DNA from: a virus | Lineage: Duplodnaviria; Caudoviricetes | IMG/VR virus record: IMGVR_UViG_3300009194_000002 | Coordinates: 1-52,765 of that record | DNA: 52,765 nucleotides | Reading direction: 5' to 3' (one strand) | Shown here: piece after piece, positions 26,926 to 35,739 of the stretch | Layout: each line of letters opens with the position of its first letter | Position numbering within the stretch: the first letter of the stretch is position 1 | The notes under the pieces: model-generated | Databases searched by the model: none | What the model was told of the DNA's origin: nothing | Seen by the model: the letters and a program-made list of their open reading frames with translations, nothing else | Translations under genes and position numbers: made by a program

Positions 26926-27447
26926 ATGGAAGCTACAGCCTATCAAGGTATGAGTATAGGCGGGAAAAGCGTTAATGAACGGATCAAGGAAGAAGTCTTA
27001 GATAAACAGCCCAGTATTGACGAAATGTTAGCCGCCGCTAATGATGATTTAGACGACTACGGTTCTAAGCTGGATAGACAGTATTTAAACGATAACGGAT
27101 ACTGGGAATACTTGCTGTGGCGGTATGAGAAGTCGGGAAGGTCATTAAGCTGGCGTGAAAAACTATTAAGTGAAGCGGTTAAATGGGGCCTATATTTATT
27201 AGGACTGAAAGGGGGTGATATTATGGCAGGTACAAATAAGGACGTTTTTACAGATAATCAGATTACTAAGTTAGCGCTGATCGGTGTTAATGAGATTATG
27301 GAAAACACAGACTTAGACGATAGAATGTATAAGGCTATGGCTAATTACGCTAAAAGAGAAATTCCAGGCCACGAGTTAGAACCTATCGTCGGTAAAATGT
27401 TTGTGGGTCTGGGGACTGAATTACAGAAACCAGAAACTACAGGCTAG
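26926..27447 (+). CDS. Hypothetical protein, with a probable second in-frame start at 27223
   Basis: SD gaggtgg before ATG26926; internal aaagggggtgatattATG. Confidence 0.65.
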   Translation: MEATAYQGMSIGGKSVNERIKEEVLDKQPSIDEMLAAANDDLDDYGSKLDRQYLNDNGYWEYLLWRYEKSGRSLSWREKLLSEAVKWGLYLLGLKGGDIMAGTNKDVFTDNQITKLALIGVNEIMENTDLDDRMYKAMANYAKREIPGHELEPIVGKMFVGLGTELQKPETTG

Positions 27448-27471
27448 AAAACTAAATAACTGGAACATAGT

Positions 27472-27516
27472 AAGTCGGGATCCCTGGAAAGATTAAAGCC
27501 AGGACCCGGCTTTTTT
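27472..27516 (+). terminator. Intrinsic terminator ending the early half
   Basis: AAGTCGGGATCCCTGG..CCAGGACCCGGC followed by TTTTTT. Confidence 0.8.
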
Positions 27517-27529
27517 AATTCCCTAAATC

Positions 27530-27833
27530 TTCCAGTTTTGAAATTCTTAAAATCAAGGTCTATAAGTACTAGTACTATTAACTATTAGTTATACTACTAC
27601 TATACTATAACTATTATTATATTATTATATTATATATAGTATTATTAGTATTAGTAGTAATTGGTTTTGGTTGTTGGTTTGTTTTTAAAAGCTGGGGAAG
27701 TAAAAGAAAAATAAAATAAAAAATATATAAGGTTGTGTCTAGGGGGGAGGGGGTTGTAATTTTTTAAAAAATAATTTCAGAAAAACTTTAGGTTAACCCC
27801 CCCTCCCTAAAATAATTATTATATATTTTTTCT
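27530..27833. other. Origin-like element copy B (direct repeat of 52631..52765 + 1..200)
   Basis: Same AT-rich core, ttggttttggttgttggttt and GGGGGGAGGGGGTT/AACCCCCCCTCCC inverted repeat as copy A. Confidence 0.55.
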
Positions 27834-27921
27834 GAAAACCCCTTTAGAGCGTAAATATATGGAAAATTCGAACAGTTTAAAGGGTTATTGCGGTTATTTG
27901 CTGTAAATTATTGAAATTTAT

Positions 27922-27930
27922 TGATATAAT
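27922..27930 (+). promoter_or_regulatory. Extended -10 promoter upstream of the packaging genes
   Basis: TGaTATAAT with no good -35 at 17 bp. Confidence 0.5.
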
Positions 27931-28146
27931 GGTAAATGAAGAAGTCTAGTTAGAAGTTTTACAGTTTTCTTTAATTCTTTATTTACAGTAAAGAAATCTG
28001 TAACTAATTACATATTTTTACATAATTTATTTAAAGAAGTAAAGAAGTTTTTATGAAATTCGCAAAACGTCCGTTCATATTTTTTGAATTGCGAATGTCC
28101 GAAAGGAAAATCATAGACTGCTAAGAAAGGGGGTCGCTACTCAAAT

Positions 28147-28899
28147 ATGGCAACATTTCCAAAAATTGACCTACCAAAAAATTACGATCCTCATGATCCA
28201 GAGTTAAAAAAGAAGCTGCACCCTAAAGCAGACGAGAAGAATTTAATCTTAGAAAGAAGTTACGGCCCTATCTTAGCTTGTGGGTCTAAAAAGAATAATG
28301 GCTGTAGAAATGTAGCTGGGAAAGGGACCGATCATTTAGGTTATGGTCGCTGTAAGTATCACGGTGGGAATAATACAGGCCCTAAAACTAAGAAGGGTAA
28401 AGCTAAATCTAGCCAGAACGCTAGGAAGCACGGCTTTTATTCTGACGCTTTACACGACGAGGAAGCCGAACTTTATAATGAGCTTTTAGAGAAAAAGGAC
28501 GAGATCCTAAGTTTACAGCACGAAATAACAGCGCTTAGGGCTAAGATAGTACTCTATCTAAAGAAATGGAAAGATAAATATAACCGACGCTATGAAGAAC
28601 AGCTTAAAGAAACTGGGGACGAAAAACAGGCCAGGGCTTACGCTGAACTTAAGACTAGAGTTAAATTTCAGCAGAAATCAGACGGGGGTTACAGTTATTA
28701 TACAGCTGGAACAATCGAGGATAACGCCTTAGATCGGGCCTTAAACACGTTAGCCCGGCTTATTGAAAAGCACGCCAGACTTACAGAGGATACGCCAGAC
28801 GATCTAGTTGGTAGAATTAATAGCGAATTAAGAGCCGCTAGCCAGGGCGAAGTTAATGTAAGCTGGGGATCTGGGCCACAAAAAAGGCAAGACAAGTAA
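28147..28899 (+). CDS. Terminase small subunit (HGGxSTG-type)
   Basis: CGSK..CRN..RCKYHGGNNTGPKT..NARKHGFYS; upstream of terL. Confidence 0.75.
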   Translation: MATFPKIDLPKNYDPHDPELKKKLHPKADEKNLILERSYGPILACGSKKNNGCRNVAGKGTDHLGYGRCKYHGGNNTGPKTKKGKAKSSQNARKHGFYSDALHDEEAELYNELLEKKDEILSLQHEITALRAKIVLYLKKWKDKYNRRYEEQLKETGDEKQARAYAELKTRVKFQQKSDGGYSYYTAGTIEDNALDRALNTLARLIEKHARLTEDTPDDLVGRINSELRAASQGEVNVSWGSGPQKRQDK

Positions 28900-28901
28900 A
28901 A

Positions 28902-28929
28902 ACTTCGTAAAATAAACGGTTTGCGAATA
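28902..28929. other. dif/Xer-like 11-6-11 imperfect palindrome
   Basis: ACTTCGTAAAA-TAAACG-GTTTGCGAATA. Confidence 0.3.
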
Positions 28930-28941
28930 TTTACATAAGAA

Positions 28942-29129
28942 AATTAGATAGAACTATAGATCAGATTAATTTCTTGTTTTACACAGTTAATTAGATAGAA
29001 CTATAGATCAGATTAATTTCTTATTCTACACAGCTAATTAGTTAAAACTATAGATCAGACTATTTTCTTATTCTACACAGCTAATTAGTTAAAACTATAG
29101 ATCAGACTATTTTCTTGTTTTACATAGGA
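28942..29129 (+). repeat. Four tandem copies of a 47-bp unit
   Basis: Units start at 28942, 28989, 29036 and 29083; consensus AATTAGwTArAACTATAGATCAGAyTAwTTTCTTrTTyTACAyAG. Confidence 0.95.
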
Positions 29130-29155
29130 AAATAGTTACGACTGGGGGCGATCTT

Positions 29156-29286
29156 ATGGCAGATCAGCAAAACCGACACTTAAAGAGGTTAAAGAGGCAC
29201 TAAAACGGGCTGGGCTAAACCCTGTAGATTATAAGCATTTACCTTATAAAAAGTTACTGCATTTAGCTGGGTATAATACAGAATGA
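29156..29286 (+). pseudogene. Small ORF interrupted by an apparent 1-nt frameshift
   Basis: SD gggggcg + ATG29156 stops at 29203; the -1 frame reads KPTLKEVKEALKRAGLNPVDY.. to TGA29286, overlapping the next ATG. Confidence 0.45.
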
Positions 29287-29459
29287 CCCGCAAGAATAAA
29301 GATCCTTGCCGTGGTTGTGTTTGCTACAGCTGTAGAAAGTCCAGCCGCCACGGGGTAATACAAGCTTGCCCCCGCTGTAATGAGTGTAACGGTATTAAAC
29401 TACAGATTTGTAGGAAGTCGGCCCCTACAGAAGAAAAGGGGGTACCTTTCGAATGGTAG
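29283..29459 (+). CDS. Small Cys-rich protein (58 aa, 8 Cys)
   Basis: CRGCVCYSC..CPRCNEC..C; overlaps the terL start. Confidence 0.6.
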   Translation: MTRKNKDPCRGCVCYSCRKSSRHGVIQACPRCNECNGIKLQICRKSAPTEEKGVPFEW

Positions 29460-31147
29460 ATACTGACGGAAACCTGGCCTATAAGACAGACTTTGATTAT
29501 AAAGAGGATATAGACCCGATTAGTGGGGCGCCTAAATTGGTGGCCGTCCCGAAAACAGCTAAAGCGGCCAGGGAAGGTGTGCCTTATAATACTATTAATG
29601 ATTTAGGTGATCTTTTTAAGCGTGAAAACTTAAGGGAAGCCTGGCGCGTATTCCGGAAGAATGATCCGTTTGATTACCAGGTAGAAATAGCTGACGCTAT
29701 TATATACAGCTGTGTACAGGGCTTAGGCTGGCAGTTTGTGGTATTAATGACCCGCCAGGCAGGAAAGAACGAAACTTCTGCCTTTATACAGCAGTACTTA
29801 TTATTATACGGCTGGTACTTTGGGGAACAGGTAAGCGGCGTTAAGTTTGCGCCGGTACATAAACCACAGGTACAGGCTTCTATGGATCGCCTGGAAGGTG
29901 CGCCTACTAAAGATAGCGGCGGCCTGGCCGGATCAGTAGTTACACGGCAGTTATGGTCTAAGTCTGACGGCTTTAAGTACCATATCGGACCGCCGCGGGA
30001 CAGTAACAAATGGACCTTTTTATCTATTAACCCGACTGCTAACGTAGCTTCCCAGACTGCTTTTACGCTTTTAGAAGGTGACGAAGCCCAGGACATAGAC
30101 CGGGATAAGTGGGAACGCGACGCCCAGCCTATGGCTTCTTTCAATAATGCGACTACCGTATTCTGGGGCGTAGCCTGGACGAAAGACTGTTTTATCTATG
30201 AAGCGATCCAGCAGTCCTACGATATGGAAGAAAGGCTAGCTAAAAAACTGGATATAGGAAGGCCGAAGCTTGTTTTTAAGGTAGACGCTGACCGAGTTAA
30301 GCAGGTTAATGATAATTACCGGAAGGCTTACGAAAACCAGGTAGCGCGTTTAGGTGAAGATCATATCGCTATACAGACACAGTATAAATTAAACTTTGTT
30401 GACAGTATAGGTCGCTTTTTTAGTGACGAGAACGTGGCCCGAATGTATGCTAATAACTATCGTATGCGGGTAGGTCCGGAAAAAGGAAAGACTTACATAT
30501 TCAGTACTGATGTAGCGGGCCAGGAAGAAAACCCGACTGATCTAAAAGATTTTACAGCTGGAAAAGACAAGCGAGATAGTACGGCTTTAATTATCGGGGA
30601 ATTACAGAATGACGGGACAGTAGTTCCGGTTTGCTTGTATCATTGGACCGGGGAAAAGCACACAAGGCAAAGAGAAACTATAAAAAAGATTTTAAAACAT
30701 TGGAACGTAATAGGCGGCGTCTGTGACGCTACAGGGATCGGGGAACCCTTGGCTTATTACCTAATAGAAGAATTCCCGAGATTGGATATTATACCGTACA
30801 AGTTTAAGGCTAACGGGGACGAGAATAAATCAAAGCTGGGATATTTAGCTTATAATTATAACAGCCTTGATCTTATTAAGATCCCGGGACAGCCTACAGG
30901 GGAAGGTAACAAAAGGGCCGCGGAATTATGGAAAGAGCTTCGCTGGCAGATTAAGCACTTAATTAGAGAAGCGAAGAAAAAACAGCAGATTAACTGGCAC
31001 GTGCCGCAAAACGCGACGCCGAGATATGAAGGCCACGTACCACACGACGACTTAGTTACAGCACTATTTTTATTATTGCACGGCGCCTTTAATATTAAGG
31101 GCGGCCAGTACGGTGTAAGTATCCCAGACAGACGAGATCTTATTTAG
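29453..31147 (+). CDS. Terminase large subunit
   Basis: YQ motif, TRQAGKN Walker A, EGDEAQ Walker B, STDVAG, DATGIG and HDD nuclease motifs. Confidence 0.9.
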   Translation: MVDTDGNLAYKTDFDYKEDIDPISGAPKLVAVPKTAKAAREGVPYNTINDLGDLFKRENLREAWRVFRKNDPFDYQVEIADAIIYSCVQGLGWQFVVLMTRQAGKNETSAFIQQYLLLYGWYFGEQVSGVKFAPVHKPQVQASMDRLEGAPTKDSGGLAGSVVTRQLWSKSDGFKYHIGPPRDSNKWTFLSINPTANVASQTAFTLLEGDEAQDIDRDKWERDAQPMASFNNATTVFWGVAWTKDCFIYEAIQQSYDMEERLAKKLDIGRPKLVFKVDADRVKQVNDNYRKAYENQVARLGEDHIAIQTQYKLNFVDSIGRFFSDENVARMYANNYRMRVGPEKGKTYIFSTDVAGQEENPTDLKDFTAGKDKRDSTALIIGELQNDGTVVPVCLYHWTGEKHTRQRETIKKILKHWNVIGGVCDATGIGEPLAYYLIEEFPRLDIIPYKFKANGDENKSKLGYLAYNYNSLDLIKIPGQPTGEGNKRAAELWKELRWQIKHLIREAKKKQQINWHVPQNATPRYEGHVPHDDLVTALFLLLHGAFNIKGGQYGVSIPDRRDLI

Positions 31148-31161
31148 AAAGGGGCTAACGT

Positions 31162-32754
31162 ATGGCAGTAACGACATCAGTACCGATTTTATTGTCAGAT
31201 CTACCAGAGGATACGGGACTAGAACAAGAAGTAGCAGAAGCCTGGGGCCAGAAGAACGGCCGCTGGATCGGAAAAATTTTAGATCAGCACGACGCCTGGC
31301 TTAGAGAAAATAACATAGAAGAATACCAGAAAGCTTATGACGGTTACATAGAAGAAATAGAAAAACGCGACAAAGATCGCGGCGACGGTATTAATAATAA
31401 ACTGATAGCTAATTACGCCCAGCTTATTGTAGATACGGTTGTCGATTATATGATAGCCCAGGCTCCAACATTTAAAGTAGAGGACCCGGTCCAGGTAGAA
31501 GATCCGGAAGCTGACGAAGCGGATATAGTAAAAGAATACCGGCAGGTTATTAAAGATTACTTAGGAACAACTAAAGCGCACCGAATACTCAAAGAACAGC
31601 TTACACAGGGTTCTTTAGCCGCCTACAGCTGTATAATTCATTGGATCGAGCCGGACGGGACCATAGATTTTGAAGAATATCCGGTCCAGGAAGTAATACC
31701 AGTCTATAATACTAAGAATAGACGGGCTTTAGTGCTTAGGGCTTACGATATAGAAGTCCCGGTAGATAGTGAAGCCGGTATTAAGCTAGAAACCCGTAAA
31801 AGGGTCGAAGTTTACGACGATAAATACGTAACCTGGTACATATCCGATAAAACAGGTAAGAAATTCGAACTTGAAGACGTGGAGGAAGGTAAAAACAACC
31901 CTTTCCCACACTACGCCGGCAGGATCCCGGTAAGTATCTTCAATAACGGAAAACCTGCTAATTATAAGGACAGGCTTAAGAATGTAGGAAAGTCTGATCT
32001 TTCAAACGGTGCTTACAGCCTTATTAAAGACATATCACACAAGTTAAGTGATAAATCTAACCTGGCCGAGTACTTAATGGATCAGTATTTACTGCTTAAG
32101 GGTGTAGATACCGACGAAGAAGAAGTACAGAAAATGAGAAAAGCCAGAGCCTTAGCTTTAAAGAATTCCGATAGTGACGCGGCGTTTATTAGCCAGGACC
32201 AGGACGACACGACCACTAAAAACTATATGGATCGTCTTGTTAACACCTTACACGATACAACCTTCACACCTAATTTAAGTAACTTAGAGGGTAAGACGGC
32301 CTACGAAATTAAAATGAAGTTCGCTAACCTGGATATTAAAGCAGGTAAAAAAGAGATCTATTTCATAGAAGCTATTATGGAAACTGTGGCTATAATCACG
32401 GATCTACTTAACGCTGACAAGTTAAAAGAAGCTGGAATAGCCGAAGAAGAAATACACAGTATCCTAGCCGGGAAAACTGAAACAGAAGTAGAGTTATATA
32501 AGTCAGAATGGGTAAGCCCTAGTCTGACCCGGAATATCCCGCAGGACTATCAAGCAGTATCTACTATAGTAGCAACGCTGGCTGGAAAAGTACCAGATAA
32601 ATACTTATATGAGCTGTTATGGTTTGTAGACGATCCTAAAAAAGCCCTGGCTGAAATGAAAGAACAGCGTAAAGAAAAGCTAGAGGAAAATATGGGCGCT
32701 ATGGGCTTCGGTAATGAGTTTACAGACTTAGAAGGTCAGAATACGGAAGAATAG
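31162..32754 (+). CDS. Portal protein, SPP1 gp6-like
   Basis: NNKLIANYAQLIVDTVVDY; 530 aa; follows terL. Confidence 0.9.
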   Translation: MAVTTSVPILLSDLPEDTGLEQEVAEAWGQKNGRWIGKILDQHDAWLRENNIEEYQKAYDGYIEEIEKRDKDRGDGINNKLIANYAQLIVDTVVDYMIAQAPTFKVEDPVQVEDPEADEADIVKEYRQVIKDYLGTTKAHRILKEQLTQGSLAAYSCIIHWIEPDGTIDFEEYPVQEVIPVYNTKNRRALVLRAYDIEVPVDSEAGIKLETRKRVEVYDDKYVTWYISDKTGKKFELEDVEEGKNNPFPHYAGRIPVSIFNNGKPANYKDRLKNVGKSDLSNGAYSLIKDISHKLSDKSNLAEYLMDQYLLLKGVDTDEEEVQKMRKARALALKNSDSDAAFISQDQDDTTTKNYMDRLVNTLHDTTFTPNLSNLEGKTAYEIKMKFANLDIKAGKKEIYFIEAIMETVAIITDLLNADKLKEAGIAEEEIHSILAGKTETEVELYKSEWVSPSLTRNIPQDYQAVSTIVATLAGKVPDKYLYELLWFVDDPKKALAEMKEQRKEKLEENMGAMGFGNEFTDLEGQNTEE

Positions 32755-32765
32755 GGGGCTAAGAT

Positions 32766-34643
32766 ATGGCGGATATAAGCGATCGGGTCCTTAAACGTCG
32801 GCAGAAAGATCTGTCGGACTTCGTAGAGAAATACCAGGACCAGTTAGATAAGTCCGCCGGTCAATATGCTAAAGAAATGGTCCCGATCTGGAAAAGGCTT
32901 AAAGACAGAGCAAAAAGTAAAACAAAGTCTATATATAAACAGGTTGGCGCTTTAGACGATCCGAAAAAGATAACTAACCTAATGCGGCAGGGCGATAGAA
33001 TGGACGCCCTGGCTAATAGTCTAGCCGCTGATATTAAGCGCGTAGAAAATAAGCTACAGCCTTATTACAGCGCTAATATAGGTTATGAGTTCGAGAAAAG
33101 CTACTATAGTCATTTATTCGGAATGGAACAAGCGGCTAAGATTAGCGTAAATACGCCTATGTTATCTATGGAACGTATTTTAGGCGTACTTGCTAACCCC
33201 TGGCTTGATGACGGGGGTAATTATTCGGATAGATTACGGGCTAATACAGCTTTATTAGCTAGTAAAATGAAAGATACTATTAACGATATGGTAGTAGAAG
33301 GTTGGGGCTGGAATGAAGCGGCCCGAAGGCTGGGACAGATAACTGATGAAGGCTATTTTAATGCGGTACGGCTTATAAGAACCGAAGCTAACAGAGCCGC
33401 GGCTTTAGGAGCTAGTTATTCATATATGGAAAACGCCGACGTATTAGACGGGAAACGCTGGAACGCTACCTTAGACGCCAGAACAGCGCCGAAGGACGCT
33501 AAAAACGACGGCAAGCTTTACGATTTAGACTATGATACGCCCGAAAATGCTGGAATAGCAGGTCAGCGGATCCCGAACCACCCGAATTGCCGCTGTAAAT
33601 GGTCGCCTGTTTTATCTGCCCTGGGTGTAAGTGAAAAAGAACGTATAGCCAGGGGTAACGGTGACGGTCCGGATCAATTCGGGGAAAGAACATATACTAA
33701 AGCCCGTACATATGAAGAATATGCGAAAGAACGCGGCTTACCTAGTTTAGATAAAAGGTTAGAGGTCGATAACCCGAAAAGTTACTTAAGACCGGGGGAA
33801 ACTATAGCAGATCTTAATAAAAAAGTAGGTAGATATACAGTAAATGGTAAAAGTATTGTAATATCTAAGAACGCTTTTAATAAACTTGCAGAAGAAACCG
33901 CAGAAGCTTCTACAGCCGGTACTTTTACGCCGGCCAGCACTTTAGCGGAAGCTAAAAGAGAAGCACGTAAAACTTTTAAAAAAGTGGATCTAAACGGGGT
34001 AACTTTAGATCAGCTTAATGAGATTAACAGAGGTATAGCCGCAGGTAGAAACGGTTTGCCGCTTGAAATAGATAACCTTGACTGGATACCTGCTAATAAA
34101 AATCGAGGGACTTCTGGTCTTGTAACTCATTCAAAAAAAGACCCTACAAAAATGCCTAGAATGAGTTTTAGAAAGTTGCATATTAGAAACCCAGAAAATT
34201 ATATTAAAAAACAGCAAAGAAATTATAAGTATAGTCGTAGAAAGGTACTTGAAAAGCTGGAAAAACAAGCTAATGATAGCCGGCGTCCTGATTGGTTGTT
34301 AGAACAGAATAGAGAAAAGCTGGCTAAAGCTAAAGAAGTAGTCCGCTGGTCTACTCATACAGATGTAGAAGCTGATGATTTTATTTATACTTTAACCACT
34401 CACGAAACAGGACATGGTATATATAATTATAACGGCCTTGCTGATACCTGGGAAGACGCCTTAGAGAAATTTGCAGTAAAGGAAGTAGATAGACTTAAGC
34501 TTTCTGAATACGGGGCCAGCAGTAGTTCAGAATTATTTGCAGAAACTAACGCTATGGTAGCGCTTGATCGTAAGGCTGACGTACCAGAAACTATTTTAAA
34601 AGCCTACGAGGAAACCATTAACAGCGTTAAGGGAGGTACATAA
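32766..34643 (+). CDS. MuF/SPP1 gp7-like minor head protein with a C-terminal HExxH metallopeptidase-like (toxin) domain
   Basis: RLIRTE, WNATLDART and HPNCRC (MuF); THETGH..LSEYG..SELFAE in the extension. Confidence 0.85.
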   Translation: MADISDRVLKRRQKDLSDFVEKYQDQLDKSAGQYAKEMVPIWKRLKDRAKSKTKSIYKQVGALDDPKKITNLMRQGDRMDALANSLAADIKRVENKLQPYYSANIGYEFEKSYYSHLFGMEQAAKISVNTPMLSMERILGVLANPWLDDGGNYSDRLRANTALLASKMKDTINDMVVEGWGWNEAARRLGQITDEGYFNAVRLIRTEANRAAALGASYSYMENADVLDGKRWNATLDARTAPKDAKNDGKLYDLDYDTPENAGIAGQRIPNHPNCRCKWSPVLSALGVSEKERIARGNGDGPDQFGERTYTKARTYEEYAKERGLPSLDKRLEVDNPKSYLRPGETIADLNKKVGRYTVNGKSIVISKNAFNKLAEETAEASTAGTFTPASTLAEAKREARKTFKKVDLNGVTLDQLNEINRGIAAGRNGLPLEIDNLDWIPANKNRGTSGLVTHSKKDPTKMPRMSFRKLHIRNPENYIKKQQRNYKYSRRKVLEKLEKQANDSRRPDWLLEQNREKLAKAKEVVRWSTHTDVEADDFIYTLTTHETGHGIYNYNGLADTWEDALEKFAVKEVDRLKLSEYGASSSSELFAETNAMVALDRKADVPETILKAYEETINSVKGGT

Positions 34644-34810
34644 TGGAAACTGTTTATTGTATGACCTGTAAACATTATAACGGACTACAGACTTGTGACG
34701 CTTTTAAAGATAAAATACCACAGGACATATTTACGGGCCTTAGAAATCACGAAGAACCTGTAGAGGGTGATAACGGTATTACTTACGAACCTATAGAAAC
34801 AAGCGGCTAG
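34643..34810 (+). CDS. Small Cys/His protein (55 aa), candidate immunity/partner of the MuF toxin
   Basis: TAATG overlap with muF, SD gggaggt; CMTCKH..CDAF..IP..H..P..GDNGITYEP. Confidence 0.7.
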   Translation: METVYCMTCKHYNGLQTCDAFKDKIPQDIFTGLRNHEEPVEGDNGITYEPIETSG

Positions 34811-34842
34811 TTATTACCTGGCCGCCTTAATATAGATTTATG

Positions 34843-34946
34843 GCCGACGGGCCTTTATAAACGGTCAATCATAAAATTATTAAATATTATTTTACGGTAC
34901 GGGGACCGGATAACCCCGGAATAATGAGCCGACGGGCCAAAAACGG
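34843..34946 (+). promoter_or_regulatory. Duplicated leader motif upstream of the scaffold gene
   Basis: GCCGACGGGCC-N(2-5)-AAACGG at 34843..34864 and 34928..34946. Confidence 0.55.
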
Positions 34947-34963
34947 AAAGGGGATATAATAAA

Positions 34964-35710
34964 ATGGAAGAACTTAAATTGCTTAAAGCTAAGTACGAAA
35001 ACGGAAAGATCAAAAGGGAAGAATACTTAAAACAGCTGGATCAGCTACTAAATGACGAAAATATATCGCAGGAGGAACACGACGAAGCTAAAGAATACGA
35101 CCCGGAACAAGGCGAAACTTTAATTTACAGTCAAAGCGATGTAAATAGGATCGTTAAGGGGCGCGCCCTTCGCGAAATCAGAAAGTATTTACGTAATGCC
35201 GGGGTAGAAGACGTAGACGATTTAGCAGACGGCGAAATAGAAGATAAAGTAGTCGAACTTGTTACAGTTGGGGCAGAAGCCGGCGAAGTAACACCGGACG
35301 ATAAGGAACTTAAAAGGCTGAAAGATAAGGCCGCTAAAGCAGATCAGCTGGAAGCTACTATAGATAGACTTAGTGTAGAAAATGGGGTCTATAAAGTGGC
35401 TAGTAAGTACAAACCTTATGATACTAAGCAAGTAGTACGCGCCTTAACTACTGATTATTCTGATCTCTTAGAATATGAAGACGGTAACCTGGTAGAAGGT
35501 TCCGTCGAAAAAGCAGTGGAAAGGGTAGTTAAAGCAGAACCTAACCTATTCCCAGACGAAGAAGGTAGCGGAAAGGACGACGACACCGGCGACGATAAAA
35601 AGTTTAAAAGCGGCGGACCCGGTGGGGGCGGCGGCAAAGGTAACGATAATGACCGCAAAAAGAAAGTAAATAGTGCCTTAGAGAAAATGGGTTTTAAAAA
35701 AGACGAGTAA
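34964..35710 (+). CDS. Capsid scaffolding protein
   Basis: Acidic coiled coil, EPNLF motif, Gly-rich linker; position before the capsid genes. Confidence 0.75.
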   Translation: MEELKLLKAKYENGKIKREEYLKQLDQLLNDENISQEEHDEAKEYDPEQGETLIYSQSDVNRIVKGRALREIRKYLRNAGVEDVDDLADGEIEDKVVELVTVGAEAGEVTPDDKELKRLKDKAAKADQLEATIDRLSVENGVYKVASKYKPYDTKQVVRALTTDYSDLLEYEDGNLVEGSVEKAVERVVKAEPNLFPDEEGSGKDDDTGDDKKFKSGGPGGGGGKGNDNDRKKKVNSALEKMGFKKDE

Positions 35711-35739
35711 AGTAAGATCAATTTAAGGGGGAATAAATA

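Noticed and set aside
28942-29129. 47-bp array as a CRISPR or guide-RNA array
   Set aside because: Units are contiguous and near-identical with no variable spacers, and no Cas-like or guide-binding protein is recognisable.
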